From Camelus dromedarius (Eukaryota), in contig NC_087438.1 of NCBI RefSeq assembly GCF_036321535.1, positions 5,644,001 to 5,708,000 of the forward strand: 64,000 bases of DNA, read 5' to 3'. Shown here piece after piece: positions 50,040 through 62,042 of this stretch; the stretch's first letter is position 1; every line of letters starts with the position of its first letter. The position numbers and the translations under genes are program-made. Under the pieces are notes generated by a model, which saw nothing but the letters and a program-made list of their open reading frames with translations, did no database searches and was not told the DNA's origin.

Positions 50040-52740
50040 GTTTTTAAGATACTGATGCTAACCAAAAACCAAAAAGAGACAGTGCTGGGAATAAAACCGC
50101 AGGTCAATCTCTGCGATGCATGTCAATAACAAAAGTTAAAAGACAACAGTAAAAAGCCTCATGACCAAATTAAGTTTATGCCAGGGATTCAAGTTTAGTT
50201 TAACAATCAAAAATCAAAAAAATACAATTAGTAAATAATAGATTAAAGGAGAAATATGAGTATCTCACTAGATAAAGAATTAGCATCTTGTAAAATGACA
50301 CACCCATCTTGATAAAAATCTTTGCACCCTGGGGTACAAAGGAACATATAGTCCTTATACTATATAAACAATGTAAAAAGGGGAAGTTACCAAAGTCATT
50401 TTATGAGATATTGCTATAATCTTGATAGTAAGAATAAAATAAAACAACAGGCCACTTTTATGTAAAAACACAAGTAAAAATCGTAAATAAAATATTAGAA
50501 AAACAAATCTAGAAATTCATGTAAAATAAAACATTATGATTAGTGAGGGTTTTCTCTAGAAACTATGAAATATTTTAACACCTCAATGTTTAATGTTATT
50601 TTTCACATTAACTAATTAAATGAGAAAACATACATAATTATTTGAAAATATATAAAAGAATAAGGTCCAGCAGACATTCAAGATCGATACATTTCTTAAC
50701 AAACTAAGACCAGTACAAAACTTCTTAAATTGTAACACTTTGACTACCAGAATCTGCCGTGAACAATATTCATAGCATTAAAGCATTAAAATCATTCTCA
50801 TTACAGTTAGCGCCATCCCCATTATTCCATGATGTACCTGAAGTTCTTAGCTGTTCGAAGGTTAGAAAAAAATATAGGTATAAATATATTGGTTAACTAC
50901 AGAAAATATAATTGGTTGCACAGAAAATTTGAAAATGATGTATGGAATATTAAGATAAATAGATTTAAGTGGTGAATTCTGGTTGCATGATTAAAACAGA
51001 AAAATAAATAGTATTCCTAATCATCAGAAAGCCAAACTGAAAATAATTTTAAAACTAAACTCATTTAAAATAGTTACCGAACTCTTTAGTAAGAAGGGAG
51101 ATACCAAGTTGTATAGGATCTTTACGGATAAAAATTATAAAGTTTTATAAAGTATTTGAAGACTTGAAAAAAATCTAGGGAGACACAGACCATTTCTATG
51201 GATGAAAGATTCAGTATTTTAATATGGTTAATTGTCTCCATATAAAATTGAATGAAACATTGAATATACAAAATTATGTATAAAATTTATATAAAATTCA
51301 TTCTATGAGAGATAATGAATATGCAAATTGAATGAAAAGCCAATTAAATCTTAAAAGAATTCTCCACAGGACATAACATACTCTTTCTAAGATCCATGAA
51401 ATGGGAAACTATATTCAATATAATTTTATAAAATAATAAGGAAAGCTTCTAGTTATCAAATAACATTATAAAGCTTTATTATTAGAGAAAAAAAGAGTTT
51501 AGAAATATTCTATCTGTGATGAAAAGTTGGTATATGAGAGAAACTGCATCTTGAATTTGTGGATAAATGAAGAAATACTTCATCGATGGTATTAGGTGAA
51601 ACTACTATGTACACAGGACATGGTACCGTGAATGCAAAATACTGCAAAGCATATCAGTAAACAAAGAATGCTGAAGCCAGCAAGTCATCAGCGGCTGCCA
51701 CCACCCCCCACAGTGAAGACAGGCAGGCAGCCCAGCCTGAGGGCACTCAGAATAAGAAAGGACTGGACACTGGCCCTAGATGGCTAGGTGCTTGTCAAAG
51801 GAATGATTTCAGTGAGCCCAAATGTTTGCTTCCTCCCATAAAGAGAAAAGCACTAAATTCTTTAACGTGAGATGCCTGGTTTTCTTTAGTTAACAAGTCA
51901 TCTTTTAATGTTCCGACTACCTGATCTTTGTTGTAAAACTCCTGTATATCCCAGCTCCCCCTACCTCTTCGGAGCAGTCCCTCAGAGCCATCTGAGAGGC
52001 TGTCATCCCGGCTCGAGTCCTCCCGCTGAATAAAACATAACTCTCAACTTTTCAGGCTGTGCATTTATCTCAGTCGACAGAACAAACACAGGAAAATTTA
52101 AACCAGGTCTAGATACTGCATACAATTTTCAAAATTAACTTCAGCTATATTAAAGTCCTGCATGCGGAAGTAAGTGTAACTTTTACTAGAAAACTAAGAA
52201 GATTATTTCTATAGTCACAAGTGAAGTCTATCTTAAATCATGACACAAAATGTACCATCCTAAAGGTAAATTTTGATAACGAGACTTCTAAAATTAAATC
52301 CAGTAACTATGAAAAAAAAATGATAGCATTAGAGAGAAAATCACTGCCTGGGAGAAGATACTTACCATATGAATACCAGTGTGTAGGGTCAGTACAAAGT
52401 ACATACAAAGACTTTAACAATGAAAAAAGTAGCCCCCGTACAAGCAATTGATTTGCCAAAGGCAGTCATTAATTTCCACCAACAGGAACAAATGCCCATT
52501 CTCACAGAAATAAAATTAAGAAAGCGACCCATCAATGAGCTATCTCAGATTGAACATATTAGCAAAGGTAAAAAAATCTAATACACATTTTGGCAAAGAC
52601 ACAGAAAAAATAAATCTTATATATTTGTGAAAGAATCAGTAGCTAAAAAACAAATTTGGGAGCAATTTGGCAATCGATCCCTAGAAACGATGCCATATTA
52701 AGTATTATTCCCAAATTCCATTTCTGGAACTTCATCCTTG
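50040..52740 (+). mobile_element. Old L1M ORF2 fragments hosting a solo LTR
   Basis: A-rich degenerate L1 blocks (catgaccaaattaagtttatgccagggattcaag; gggagacacagaccatttctatggatgaaagattcagtatt; aaattaacttcagctatattaaag). Confidence 0.75.
51627..52079 (+). mobile_element. ERV1-class solo LTR (family of 33832)
   Basis: (C)GTGAATG...GTCGACA; TSD GTAC/GAAC; long near-identical blocks with 33832-34305. Confidence 0.92.
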
Positions 52741-53240
52741 AAGGGAAGGGAGGTGGGTTTAGATGACGCAAACATGATGATTGTTGGGCAGGTTGTTAAA
52801 TGCATGGAGGTTAGTGATGCATTATCTCTGCTACTGAGTGTTGTTATATTTTCATTTTAAAAGTGAAAGCCATTACATTTCACTGTGTTCAGGAAAAATT
52901 TCCCCTCTTTTTGGTAAATCCAAATGAAAATCAGTTACATAAAATGCAAAATGGTAACAGTGAGTTAGTATGTTAATTTTTCCCCTTACTCATCCTTTCA
53001 GTGTTTCAAGCTGTTTGAAAGTTGGGTGCTAGAAACATCACAGACACACATTTCTTTGGAACCGACTTTTCTATTTTGTGTTGGAATTTGAAAGCTGCAG
53101 ATTGTGAGATGGGCCACTGCTTTCCCTAATTAACGTAACTGACATTAACTGCCATCAATGAAAACACATTTTCTGAGTGAAAGATTTTGAGCTAAAAACT
53201 CAATTTCTAAAACATCGAGTATGGTACTTTGTTAACTGAA

Positions 53241-53330
53241 AGCAGGGATTTTGTGTGTTTTGTTTATTGCAGCTCCTGTGCGAAGATGAGCGCCATGAGC
53301 ACAGTAGGTCCTCAACAAAGACTTGGTACA
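53241..53330 (+). mobile_element. L2 3' end
   Basis: gcagggattttgtgtgttttgtttattgc...gcacagtaggtcctcaacaaagacttg. Confidence 0.6.
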
Positions 53331-53429
53331 TGAGAAAGATCACAAAATGCATGAGATCTCCAGCATCATGAGTGATCCACCTCCCTATGTGTCACGTTTC
53401 TTCTGTGAAGAACCTGCCTTGCAAATGCA

Positions 53430-53720
53430 GGAAAGAGGGATCTTCTAAGAACAGGGTATATTTTTTTCCAGTTGCTTCCCATGGGAATTCACTTCCACTG
53501 GAAGCCCCCAAGAAGCGGAGATGCCCCCACAATTGCCTGTCTGAAGGATGGCCAGCTGAGTGACTTTCTTCTGGCTCCACGGATCATTGGTTGAAGTTTG
53601 CCCCCAGGAGTTTTGAATCCCTGAATGTCTGAACTGCATTTGCCTGTGAGCCAACCAGAGGACGTGCAGTCAGAGAAGGATGTGGAGTGGAGGTGGAAAC
53701 GCATGTGCACTGTTGAGGAT
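53430..53720 (-). mobile_element. Old ERVL LTR (LTR16/LTR33-like)
   Basis: Reverse complement ggggcaaacttcaaccaatga...ggagccag resembles the recalled LTR16 core; boundaries approximate. Confidence 0.45.
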
Positions 53721-54414
53721 TGGGGCTGTAATCACAAGCTGAGTGTGAACTCACATCTCACTGCCTACTCAGGCTTTGGTCAAAATCGAAGGTGGGCTAA
53801 GGGACCGTGATGCTCAGAACCAAGGGGACCTGCTACAGGTCACCACTTACACCATTTGGATCTGTTTACCCCAACATTAAGTTACACTGTCACCGAGTCT
53901 TTAAAGCCATAGCTGGCCCTAATGTCTGGGAAACGAGAGTTTATGAATGTGTGGTATCTACTGCCTCTGAAAGACTCTCTGAAGTTGCAGGGTCAGTCTC
54001 AGTGTGAGCGGATGTGAGTTGGGATAACCAGCACTTTCAATTAGAACGGCTTTCCTAAGCTGTCAGCCACAGTCGGCCTCTAAATGCATCACCATGTGGC
54101 CAGCCTCGGTATCATCTGGTGTTTATCTCCTACTACTTGTCATGAGACTCCGTAGGGCACACAGGGCATCCTGTCCCCCGTCTGGCCAACATGATGTGCT
54201 TAATCTGGTGGTTCAGCATGGCTTTCCATACAAGGTCAGAGCAATGAAGGTCACGGTCTGTATTTTACAGAGAAGGTGGTTGAAAAATGGTAGCATTAAC
54301 CTCGCCTGAGGTGAGTCAGTGATTGTGCTTGGCTGGAGCTGTTCATCTTAAATGAGAACGAATTTTGATCCCTTTTATTGACGGCAACTGAAAAGGGTGT
54401 ATTTGCATCAGATT

Positions 54415-54640
54415 TTTTTTTCTGCATAACAAGCCGACCGAAAACGTAGTGGCTTAAAAGAACTCTTTATTTAACATACTATTCTGTGGGTGAGCCATTT
54501 AGCTGAGGTTCTTTGATCTATCCAGGGTGCACTCACGCACCTGTGGTCAGCGGCTGGGTCAGCGGGGACCTGATGATCTAAAGTGGCTTTAGCTGACGGC
54601 TTATCACCGCTTCGCCTCATGTCTCAGCCTGCTACAGGCA
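54415..54640 (-). mobile_element. MaLR LTR (MLT1) fragment
   Basis: ctgcataacaa...aaaacgtagtggcttaaaag...tttatt...attctgtgggt. Confidence 0.65.
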
Positions 54641-55039
54641 CGCTCACCTTGTGACCTCAGGGCAGAAGACAATGGATATGCAGCAGAACTGAGCCACGAT
54701 GCTGCCAGACCACCAGGTGAAGCAGTGGCCAGAGGGAAAGGGTGGGGCAGAAAAGATCACCTGCCCAGGGGCTGGAGAGCTCTTGGCATTCCTACGGCTT
54801 GAAATAATGCTGCAATAGTCACATTGTCGTCTCTAAGAAAATTTTTCAGGCCTTAATTGATTTATAGTTTTAAGAATCTCCTCATTTGAAAATAAAAATT
54901 TATGAACCTTAGACAAGGAATACAGAAAATGTATAATATGTTCATTAATAAGAAAGTCAGAAAGAAGCAATAAAAAAATTACAAATACAAAACCCTCCAT
55001 AATATGATATTGTGGCAACGCAGCATGTTAGTGTCACCA

Positions 55040-55330
55040 GGAGAGGCTCCGTGCTGCAACAGACAGCTCCCAGCGCTCGGATTCAACCCAGCAGCACTCA
55101 CTTCTCAACCACGAAGCAATCCAGTGTGGTTACTGGGTTGGTGATCTTTGTCAGGGAGACTTTGGTCCCAGGCCCTCCGCCTCCCTGAAGGCCTCCAGTC
55201 CTCTGCTGGGCTCTCTGCAACTTGGGAGCTGCAGAGGAAGGAGATGGCTTTGTATACTCACAGGCTGGATAGTTTCGGCAGCCTGCACTAAGGAAAGCCC
55301 GGCACGGCTCATAATTTTGTTTGCTACCGG
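55040..55330 (-). mobile_element. Old MaLR LTR (MLT1K/L-like) fragment
   Basis: gctgcaacagacagctcccagcgctcggattcaacccagcagcactcacttctc...gtcagggagact. Confidence 0.4.
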
Positions 55331-56469
55331 GATGCTGCTGGGAATTGCGGCCACTTCACTTCTAAGGGAAAACGTCTCATGAATCTAAGCAGCAAGACTG
55401 TCTTTGTGCATCTTGGGCGGCAGCAATGTGGGCTGGGAGCAGAGTGGCCGGGTGGCTTGAAGACAGAGGTGGAGCAGTATTGGGGCAGAGTCAAGGGGTG
55501 TTCCCATAAAGCGCCGTGACAGGCTGTGTGTCCACGGCTAATGTCCGGAATCCACATCTCTTGAGAAGACACTGTTTCTATGTGGTGGCATTGCCTCTTA
55601 ACCTAGCTGCTAACTCACTTTAATCTTACTCCCACTCTGAGATGCAGCAGCTGATGGATAGCAAATCACTGGCTCTATTGTCTTTGTGTGTCTCCTCTCT
55701 CTCCTATAATTTCTATGTAAAATAAAATCAACACAAAATAAAATTAAATAAATACAAAAGGCATTCCCTTCTTCCTTCCTCCCTCTACTAACAGCAAAGC
55801 ACTCCCTTCAATGTAAACCACAGGAAAACTAAGCAGAGAAATGAATTTGGGAGGAAAATGGTCCTCAGTCTCACCCAGAGCATCCAGGACCATCCAACAA
55901 GAGCTCTCCCACGCTCTCTCTCTCCCTCTCTCTCCCGCCCTCTCTTCTTTCAGCCGGTCTGTTTCACATGCACACACATAAACACATCCTTACAAACATA
56001 TTTTATGTAAGCATATAAGAAACAAAAGTCATATGGTCAAATGGCTGATTCTACCAGGATAGAGTCTAGGAGACATTTGGGTCAACTAATGGCTTATTTA
56101 TGACAAAGATTTAGATACTGTCTAAGGTTGGCATACATTTCAAATAAAGGTGCTGTAAGTACGTTCTAAATCTTCCTGGAGAGCTGTGCGCTCACGTAAT
56201 GAGGCCTGGAGAGAGATGAGGCAGCAGGTATCTTAGTAACTAAACCTCGATCTTGTATCCATCTAATAACTGAAGATAGTAAAGGTCTGGGTTCTGTGTG
56301 TTAATTAGCGTTCTAGAGATGAAAATGGTTTCATTCGTCAGAAAAATAAGCGTAAAAAAATGTCCTCAGCTACACTGAGCAATGCGCCAAGAAGGCAGAT
56401 TCTTGGAAAGTCATGTGACATCTAATGTTTCTTCCTCTAAAGAATAAAAGATTTCCTCTTTTGACACTG

Positions 56470-57330
56470 GAGAGCCAAGAGGGGGCGGAGTTTAGATCAG
56501 AGAAACGGGAAGTAGGGAAGACTCCGCATGTGCGTATGTCTGAGAGCCTCCATCTGCTTCGTCTCTCTCCCCCACCCCTCCACACGGAGAGGAATGACTC
56601 TCCCCTAACAGACCTTGTAAGGGCATCGTAGGCTTTATGTGAACGAAGCATCTCAGGAACCTGGGGACCTAGAAAAGGCGGTGCCTGTAGTTGCGCGAAG
56701 CCATGGCTCCTCTGGGACCTCGTGCCATGTCTTCAGAGCCCAGGACTGGGCGTCTGTCAGTCACAGCTCTGCCTTCTCCTCGGCTCTGCCTCCCCCCACC
56801 CCCGACGCCGCGCCCGCGGACCCCGCCAGCGTCTCAGCTCCTCCGCGCCGGGGAATCGGGTCCTGATCAGGGGCTTACGGAGACAGGTGGGGTCAGAGGT
56901 CATACTGGAGCAGGAGCGATGTGACAAGGACGGGGGTGAAACGTGGACCGTCCAGGAGCGGGGGCAGAGTCAGAGTCGGGTCACTTCAAAGGAAGGGCCC
57001 AAGGCCAGTAAAATCAGTAACTGAACAGCCCACGTTAAAAGTTTCCTGCCCGAAGCCCTTCCGCTGTCTGTCCTCGGAGACGGAGACAAAGCACAGGCGT
57101 CCTGGGACTCACCCCGGATGCGCCGCATCTCCCTGCATCAGTTCAGCGGCAGTGGCAGGTGAAAAGCAGGGGGGTGGGGGGGGGGATATGGCTCCATCCC
57201 GGCCAGGATCCCTGGGCGGTGGGTGAGCTGTTGGCACAGGCTTTGCAGGAGCGGCGCGGGGAAGTGGGCTATCCTGCCAGGTGCATGAAACCCGAGGATG
57301 GCCAGTTCAGAGCGGGGACCCCAAGCCCGC
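56470..57330. promoter_or_regulatory. GC/CpG-enriched candidate regulatory region
   Basis: GC box GGGGCGGAG overlapping CTCF-like CCAAGAGGGGGCGG (56475-56488), ETS-like CGGGAAGT, NRF1-like CGCATGTGCG; CpG cluster at 56800-56860. Confidence 0.35.
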
Positions 57331-58349
57331 ATCCTATGGTCTGCACATCTGTGAGGCACCACCCGGGAAGCTGAGATAACCCCACACCTCTTTTTCTCCT
57401 CCGAGCCCCGGGGCTGCTACTCTGGAAACTCTCAAGCATCTTTTGCCCTAGTCCTACACTGGAACATAGCAGGCCCCAAGGCACAGAGCAAAGGCTCGCG
57501 CTGGCCGGGGATGAGCGGGGTCTTCAGCTGGCCCATGCCCCAGGGACTTGCACGGCTGGAGCTGTGCACCACTTCGCTGGTCCCTCCCCTGCAGGGGATG
57601 CAGCTGAAGGTCTCCATAGAGATTCGCTCCAGCAGTTCTCTCCTGATGGAGGGGAAGGTGGAAGCTCACCACTCTTCTCGCCTGGAGGGCACCCATCCAT
57701 GCTGAAAACCTCCTGTGTTCTCCAACTCTTAAAGTGGCCCTTAAAAAAGCACCCCCAACGTGGCTTTAAAGTGTCTTCTATGTAGTTTTCAGTTGTTCAC
57801 TTTGAAAATGAGCTGTTGGGTTTGATATTAACCATCTGATAAATCATAGGTTTTAATTCCATTAAAACATCCATTTTACATGCTAGGATTCTACAATCTT
57901 ATGAAATGACCAAAGAAGAAATTAATTTTATCAACCTAATTTCCATTCTATTGTATCTTTCCACCAAGGGAAATGATACCATTTTTGAGATAAGATCTCT
58001 CATTTTGTTAAGCTTATTTTAAATTCTGTGCACATTGCCGAATGATAAGGAAAATAAAGTTCACAAGACAGCCAGTAGTGCTGGCGGGATGGAGGCCCAT
58101 GGGATGTGCTAGATGTGGAGGAGGAGAGTCCTAACAAAGGGACTGATACGATGGTCTCCTGCGTTCATAGCTCCGTTCTCATTGGCTGAAAGGACAATAG
58201 TTACAAAAGAAAGATGGTTCCAAATACTGAGATGGTGCAACCAGTAATTATTCTAAGTAATAAGGTAGGGACATTACTTTGGTACCCAGAGCAGGTGTCC
58301 TGGCAAGGAGAAAGAGTACGGGAACATGACACGAGACAGGTGAGTCTCT

Positions 58350-59080
58350 CTCTCTCTTTTTTTTTTTTTTTTGGTGTGATTTAATTAATTAATTAATTTT
58401 TTATTGACGTATAGTCAGTGACAATGTGTCAATTTCTGGTGTACCAGCATAATCTTTCAGTTATATATACACATACAAATATTCATTTTCATATTCTTTT
58501 TCATTATATGTTACTATAAGATACTGACTATAGTTCTCTGTGCTATACAGGAGAAATTTTTTTTAATCTATTTTATATGTAGTAGTTAATATTTGCAATT
58601 CTGAAACTCCCAATTTATCCCTTCCCATTCCCTTTCCCCTGGTAACCATAAGTTTGCTTACCATGTCTGTGAGTCTGTTTCTGTTTTGTAAATAAGTTCA
58701 TTTATCTCATATTTTTAGATTCCACATGAGTGATATCATACAGCATTTTTTTTCTCTTTCTCACTTACTTCACTTAGAATGATGATCTCCAGATCCATCC
58801 ATGTTGCTGCAAATAGCATTATTTTATTCTTTTTAATTGCTGAGTAATATTCCATTGTATAAATATACCACAACTTCTGTTGGTGGACATTTAGGTTGTT
58901 TCCATGGCTTGGCTGTTGTAAATAGTGCTGCTATGAACACTGGGGTGTCTCTTTGAATTACAGTTCCTTCCAGATATATGCCCAGGAATGTAATTGCTCA
59001 ATCATATGGTAAGTCTATTTCTAGTTTTTTGAGGAATCTCCATACTGTTTTTCATCTTGGCTGCACCAAACTCCATTTCC
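58350..59080 (-). mobile_element. 5'-truncated young L1, camelid-type 3'UTR
   Basis: Poly-T head; acaatgtgtcaatttctggtgtac...; antisense ORF2 end; TSD caggtgagtctct (58337-58349) / caggtgaatctct (59081-59093). Confidence 0.95.
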
Positions 59081-59185
59081 CAGGTGAATCTCTTGTCTTG
59101 GGTTTCTGCTTGGGTTTTATGGACATGAAGTCAGGACTCTGAAGAAGACATCCATCTCCAGCAAGGGACGTGGAGGGCAACTAAG

Positions 59186-59855
59186 TGTATCTGAAAATAA
59201 TTATTTCATGGTTTGTCATCCGCAAGGTAAATGAGACATCTGCACTGGCACCCCCTGAACAAAATCAACTCCAGGAATTCCGACAGCTGTCAGACAACTG
59301 GACCCTGTGTCTGCACTTCAGGTCCCCTTCAAAAGCTGAGGATTTAGTGGTTGGGGGGAAGCAGCTGCCAACTAAAAATTGGCACTTGCCATCTGTCTCT
59401 ACGAGGATGGAATCCCATTGGCACTTACTCCCGAACTCTGCTTGAACTAAATCATGAGCCGCTGCTGCCGCTGACCTCCAGCACTCCCTGAAAGGCATTC
59501 AGGGTGGAGGTCAGGAGGGAGGTGCTCTGTGCTCTGGGAAAACTGGCTGAACAGGCCCTCAGATAGATATTTTCGGGAGAAGATTTTATGACCCCAAATT
59601 CTTGAGTCTCCTAAAAGCACTGAAATCATTACGCATGACACCTGCTCCTTGTGACCAGCAGCAGCCTCTCCCTAACCGCGTGCTTGACTGCACGTCCCCT
59701 TCACTGGAATCAGACATGACACTGACCTTCCCCTGCCTCTTCGGAGCAGTTCCTCAGAGCTCTCTGAGATGCTGTCCAGGGCTAGAGCCCTCATTTTACC
59801 CCAAATAAAACTTAACCCGCTGCTCTCACATCGTGTGATTTTATTTCAGTCTACA
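59186..59855 (+). mobile_element. ERV1-class solo LTR sharing its R/U5 with the 33832/51627 family
   Basis: TG...CA ends; cctcttcggagcagttcctcagagc...aaataaaact...ttttatttcagtctaca; TSD not resolved. Confidence 0.7.
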
Positions 59856-61225
59856 CAGCCGTTCTGGGGACACATCCAAGAGGAGGGGAGGAGCCCAGGG
59901 CCCTGGTGCTTTTGGATGCCTGGCCAGGTCTCAGCAGGCCTTCCGCCCCAGGGGGAACCCTGGCGTTCTTGGGGGCAAAAGGTAATGAAGAAGGAAAAAT
60001 CCTGAGGGGTCTTCCTCCTCCCCCAGACCGGATGCAGCATGAGATGTCCCCTCTCAAATCCTCTCAGGGACTTTGGTCACATTTGGGGTCTTCCTCCCCA
60101 AACACACACACTAGCTGCTGAGAGTTCTCAGAGGCAGGCTGCAATTTTTATGTACCTTTCAGAGTTCTGTCAACATAACTGGGGAACATTTCTGATAAAT
60201 AGAGGGATTGAAAGCTTTTAACAAACATCAGCGGCAGGAAACATCATTGCTGCTCCCCGCAGCCTCGCCGCAGGTCCCAGCGCATCTGCTGTTTGTCGCA
60301 CAGCCACAGGCGCCGGGGGCAGGGCAGATCCAGCTTGTGCCCTTTTTCTGAATGATAACGACTAATGATTCAAAATTGCTTCTACTCTAGACTCCCAGGA
60401 GTTCAGAAAGAGGCTTTGAATGAGCTGTAGAATAATTTGCTTTCTCCCTAGAGCTGGAAGATGCGGGTCCTATTTGTGCTGGTTGCCTGGCAGCTGGTTT
60501 TGAGCTGTGGGACACATTTGATCGCTTCCATGTTGCCTTCCTCGTGGTCCTTTGGCCAGGGTGATGCTCACACCAGGTGATGTGCAGAGAAGGACGATTA
60601 CTCTTTCCTGTATGATGGTTTCTAATGTTCACCTGTTCACCTTCTGAACGATGGCAGGTGACAGGTCTGTGGCCCGTGTTTGCAGAGTGGCTGTTACCTT
60701 TCAGAAACTTTGAACATTTGAACATGCAGCTTAATAATCTTCAGTCCTCTCTGTCAGGATAAATGTCTCTGAAATCACTTCTCCAAAGCCTGTTGTCTTT
60801 TATCCCCACCTGGGGAAAGCATGAAAAAATCTGAGCTCCAAGGAAAGGAGAGTGCCTTGTCACATTTTTATGGAACTTAGAGAAAGCGGAGGAGCATTTA
60901 CATGCGCTGAGACACAGTTGCGGTCTCACAGGGGAAATTTACCATCACAAAAGCTGTTTGTCTTTTAAAGCCAGCAGAGGGGAAAAGAACCGGAGTAGAT
61001 TTTATTATTTTTTGATCACAAAATATATGCTTTGTTTAGAAAGGATGAAATATCTGGTTTTGATCAAAATTATTTATTGTTTTCCTCTGTGTAATTTGTG
61101 ATAATTATTGGCGAGTAAAACTCTTTCTGAAAGAAATTATTATAAGGCTGCAGGTTTAAGGTTAAAAAATTGGTCTTTTCTTATACCTTTCACTCACTTC
61201 ATCCTTCCAAAGAATGTGCGCAGGG

Positions 61226-61388
61226 TGTTATGTGTGTGTAGTGTGTAGTATGTCTATGTGGTATGTGTGTAGTGTGTGTATGTGGTGTGTGGTGCGTAGT
61301 AAGTGTGTGGTGTGTGTGTGTGATGTGTATGTGGTGTGTAGTGTGTATGTGTGTGGTGGGTAGTAAGTGTGTGTGTGTGTATGTGTGG
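61226..61388. repeat. TG-rich compound microsatellite
   Basis: tgtgtgtgtagtgtgtagtatg... degenerate (TG)n. Confidence 0.9.
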
Positions 61389-62042
61389 ATGAGCTGGCCT
61401 GGGGACAGTCTCCCTCCAGCACCGGCAGGACAGGCGCAGGTGGCCCCAGTGCAGCCCCTGGGCACGGCCCTCTGTGTCTCAGTAGCACTCAGAGGACCTG
61501 CCTGCAGGGCGCTGGGACCCAGGACGGTGTGGAGTGCAGAGTGTCTGTCTGTCCGTCTGTGTGACTGTGGCAGGCGCGGGGTAGGCTGTCCCGGCTTGCT
61601 TCTCCCCACGCAGCCCTTATTCCTGCAGCTGTCCTGCTCCTGAGCTCATCACATTCCCATCTGCCCCTCTTGAAAGCAGGGGTTCGCACTGAGCAGTAAC
61701 AGAACCCTCCCTACACTCGGCATGATGCCTGCGGTGGGAGCACGTTCGGGGCTGGGAAGGCCCCTCTGCCTGGTGTCCCTGTGGACAGGGTGGGCCAGCA
61801 CCTGATCGGGGAGGGGGAGGGTTCACTCGCTCTTTACCTGGATGCAAAGGGTATAAACTCACACAAACTCACACGGCTTGTGCCTATAAAACATACCTTT
61901 GGTGGGTTCCTTTATTCATCCCTTCAGAAGCGGCTGTGGCCCGTCTGTTGTGTTCTGGGCGTGTGGAGATAAATATGTGAGCGAGACGCAAGCCTGGTCT
62001 CAGAAGGTCACGTCTCTGCAGGCTTCACGAGGCGCTCCGCCG

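Noticed and set aside
33832..52079. Possible provirus bounded by two same-family LTRs
   Set aside because: Each LTR has its own TSD; there is no PBS/gag/pol/env between them, and the interval holds ancient MIR/L2/MER elements
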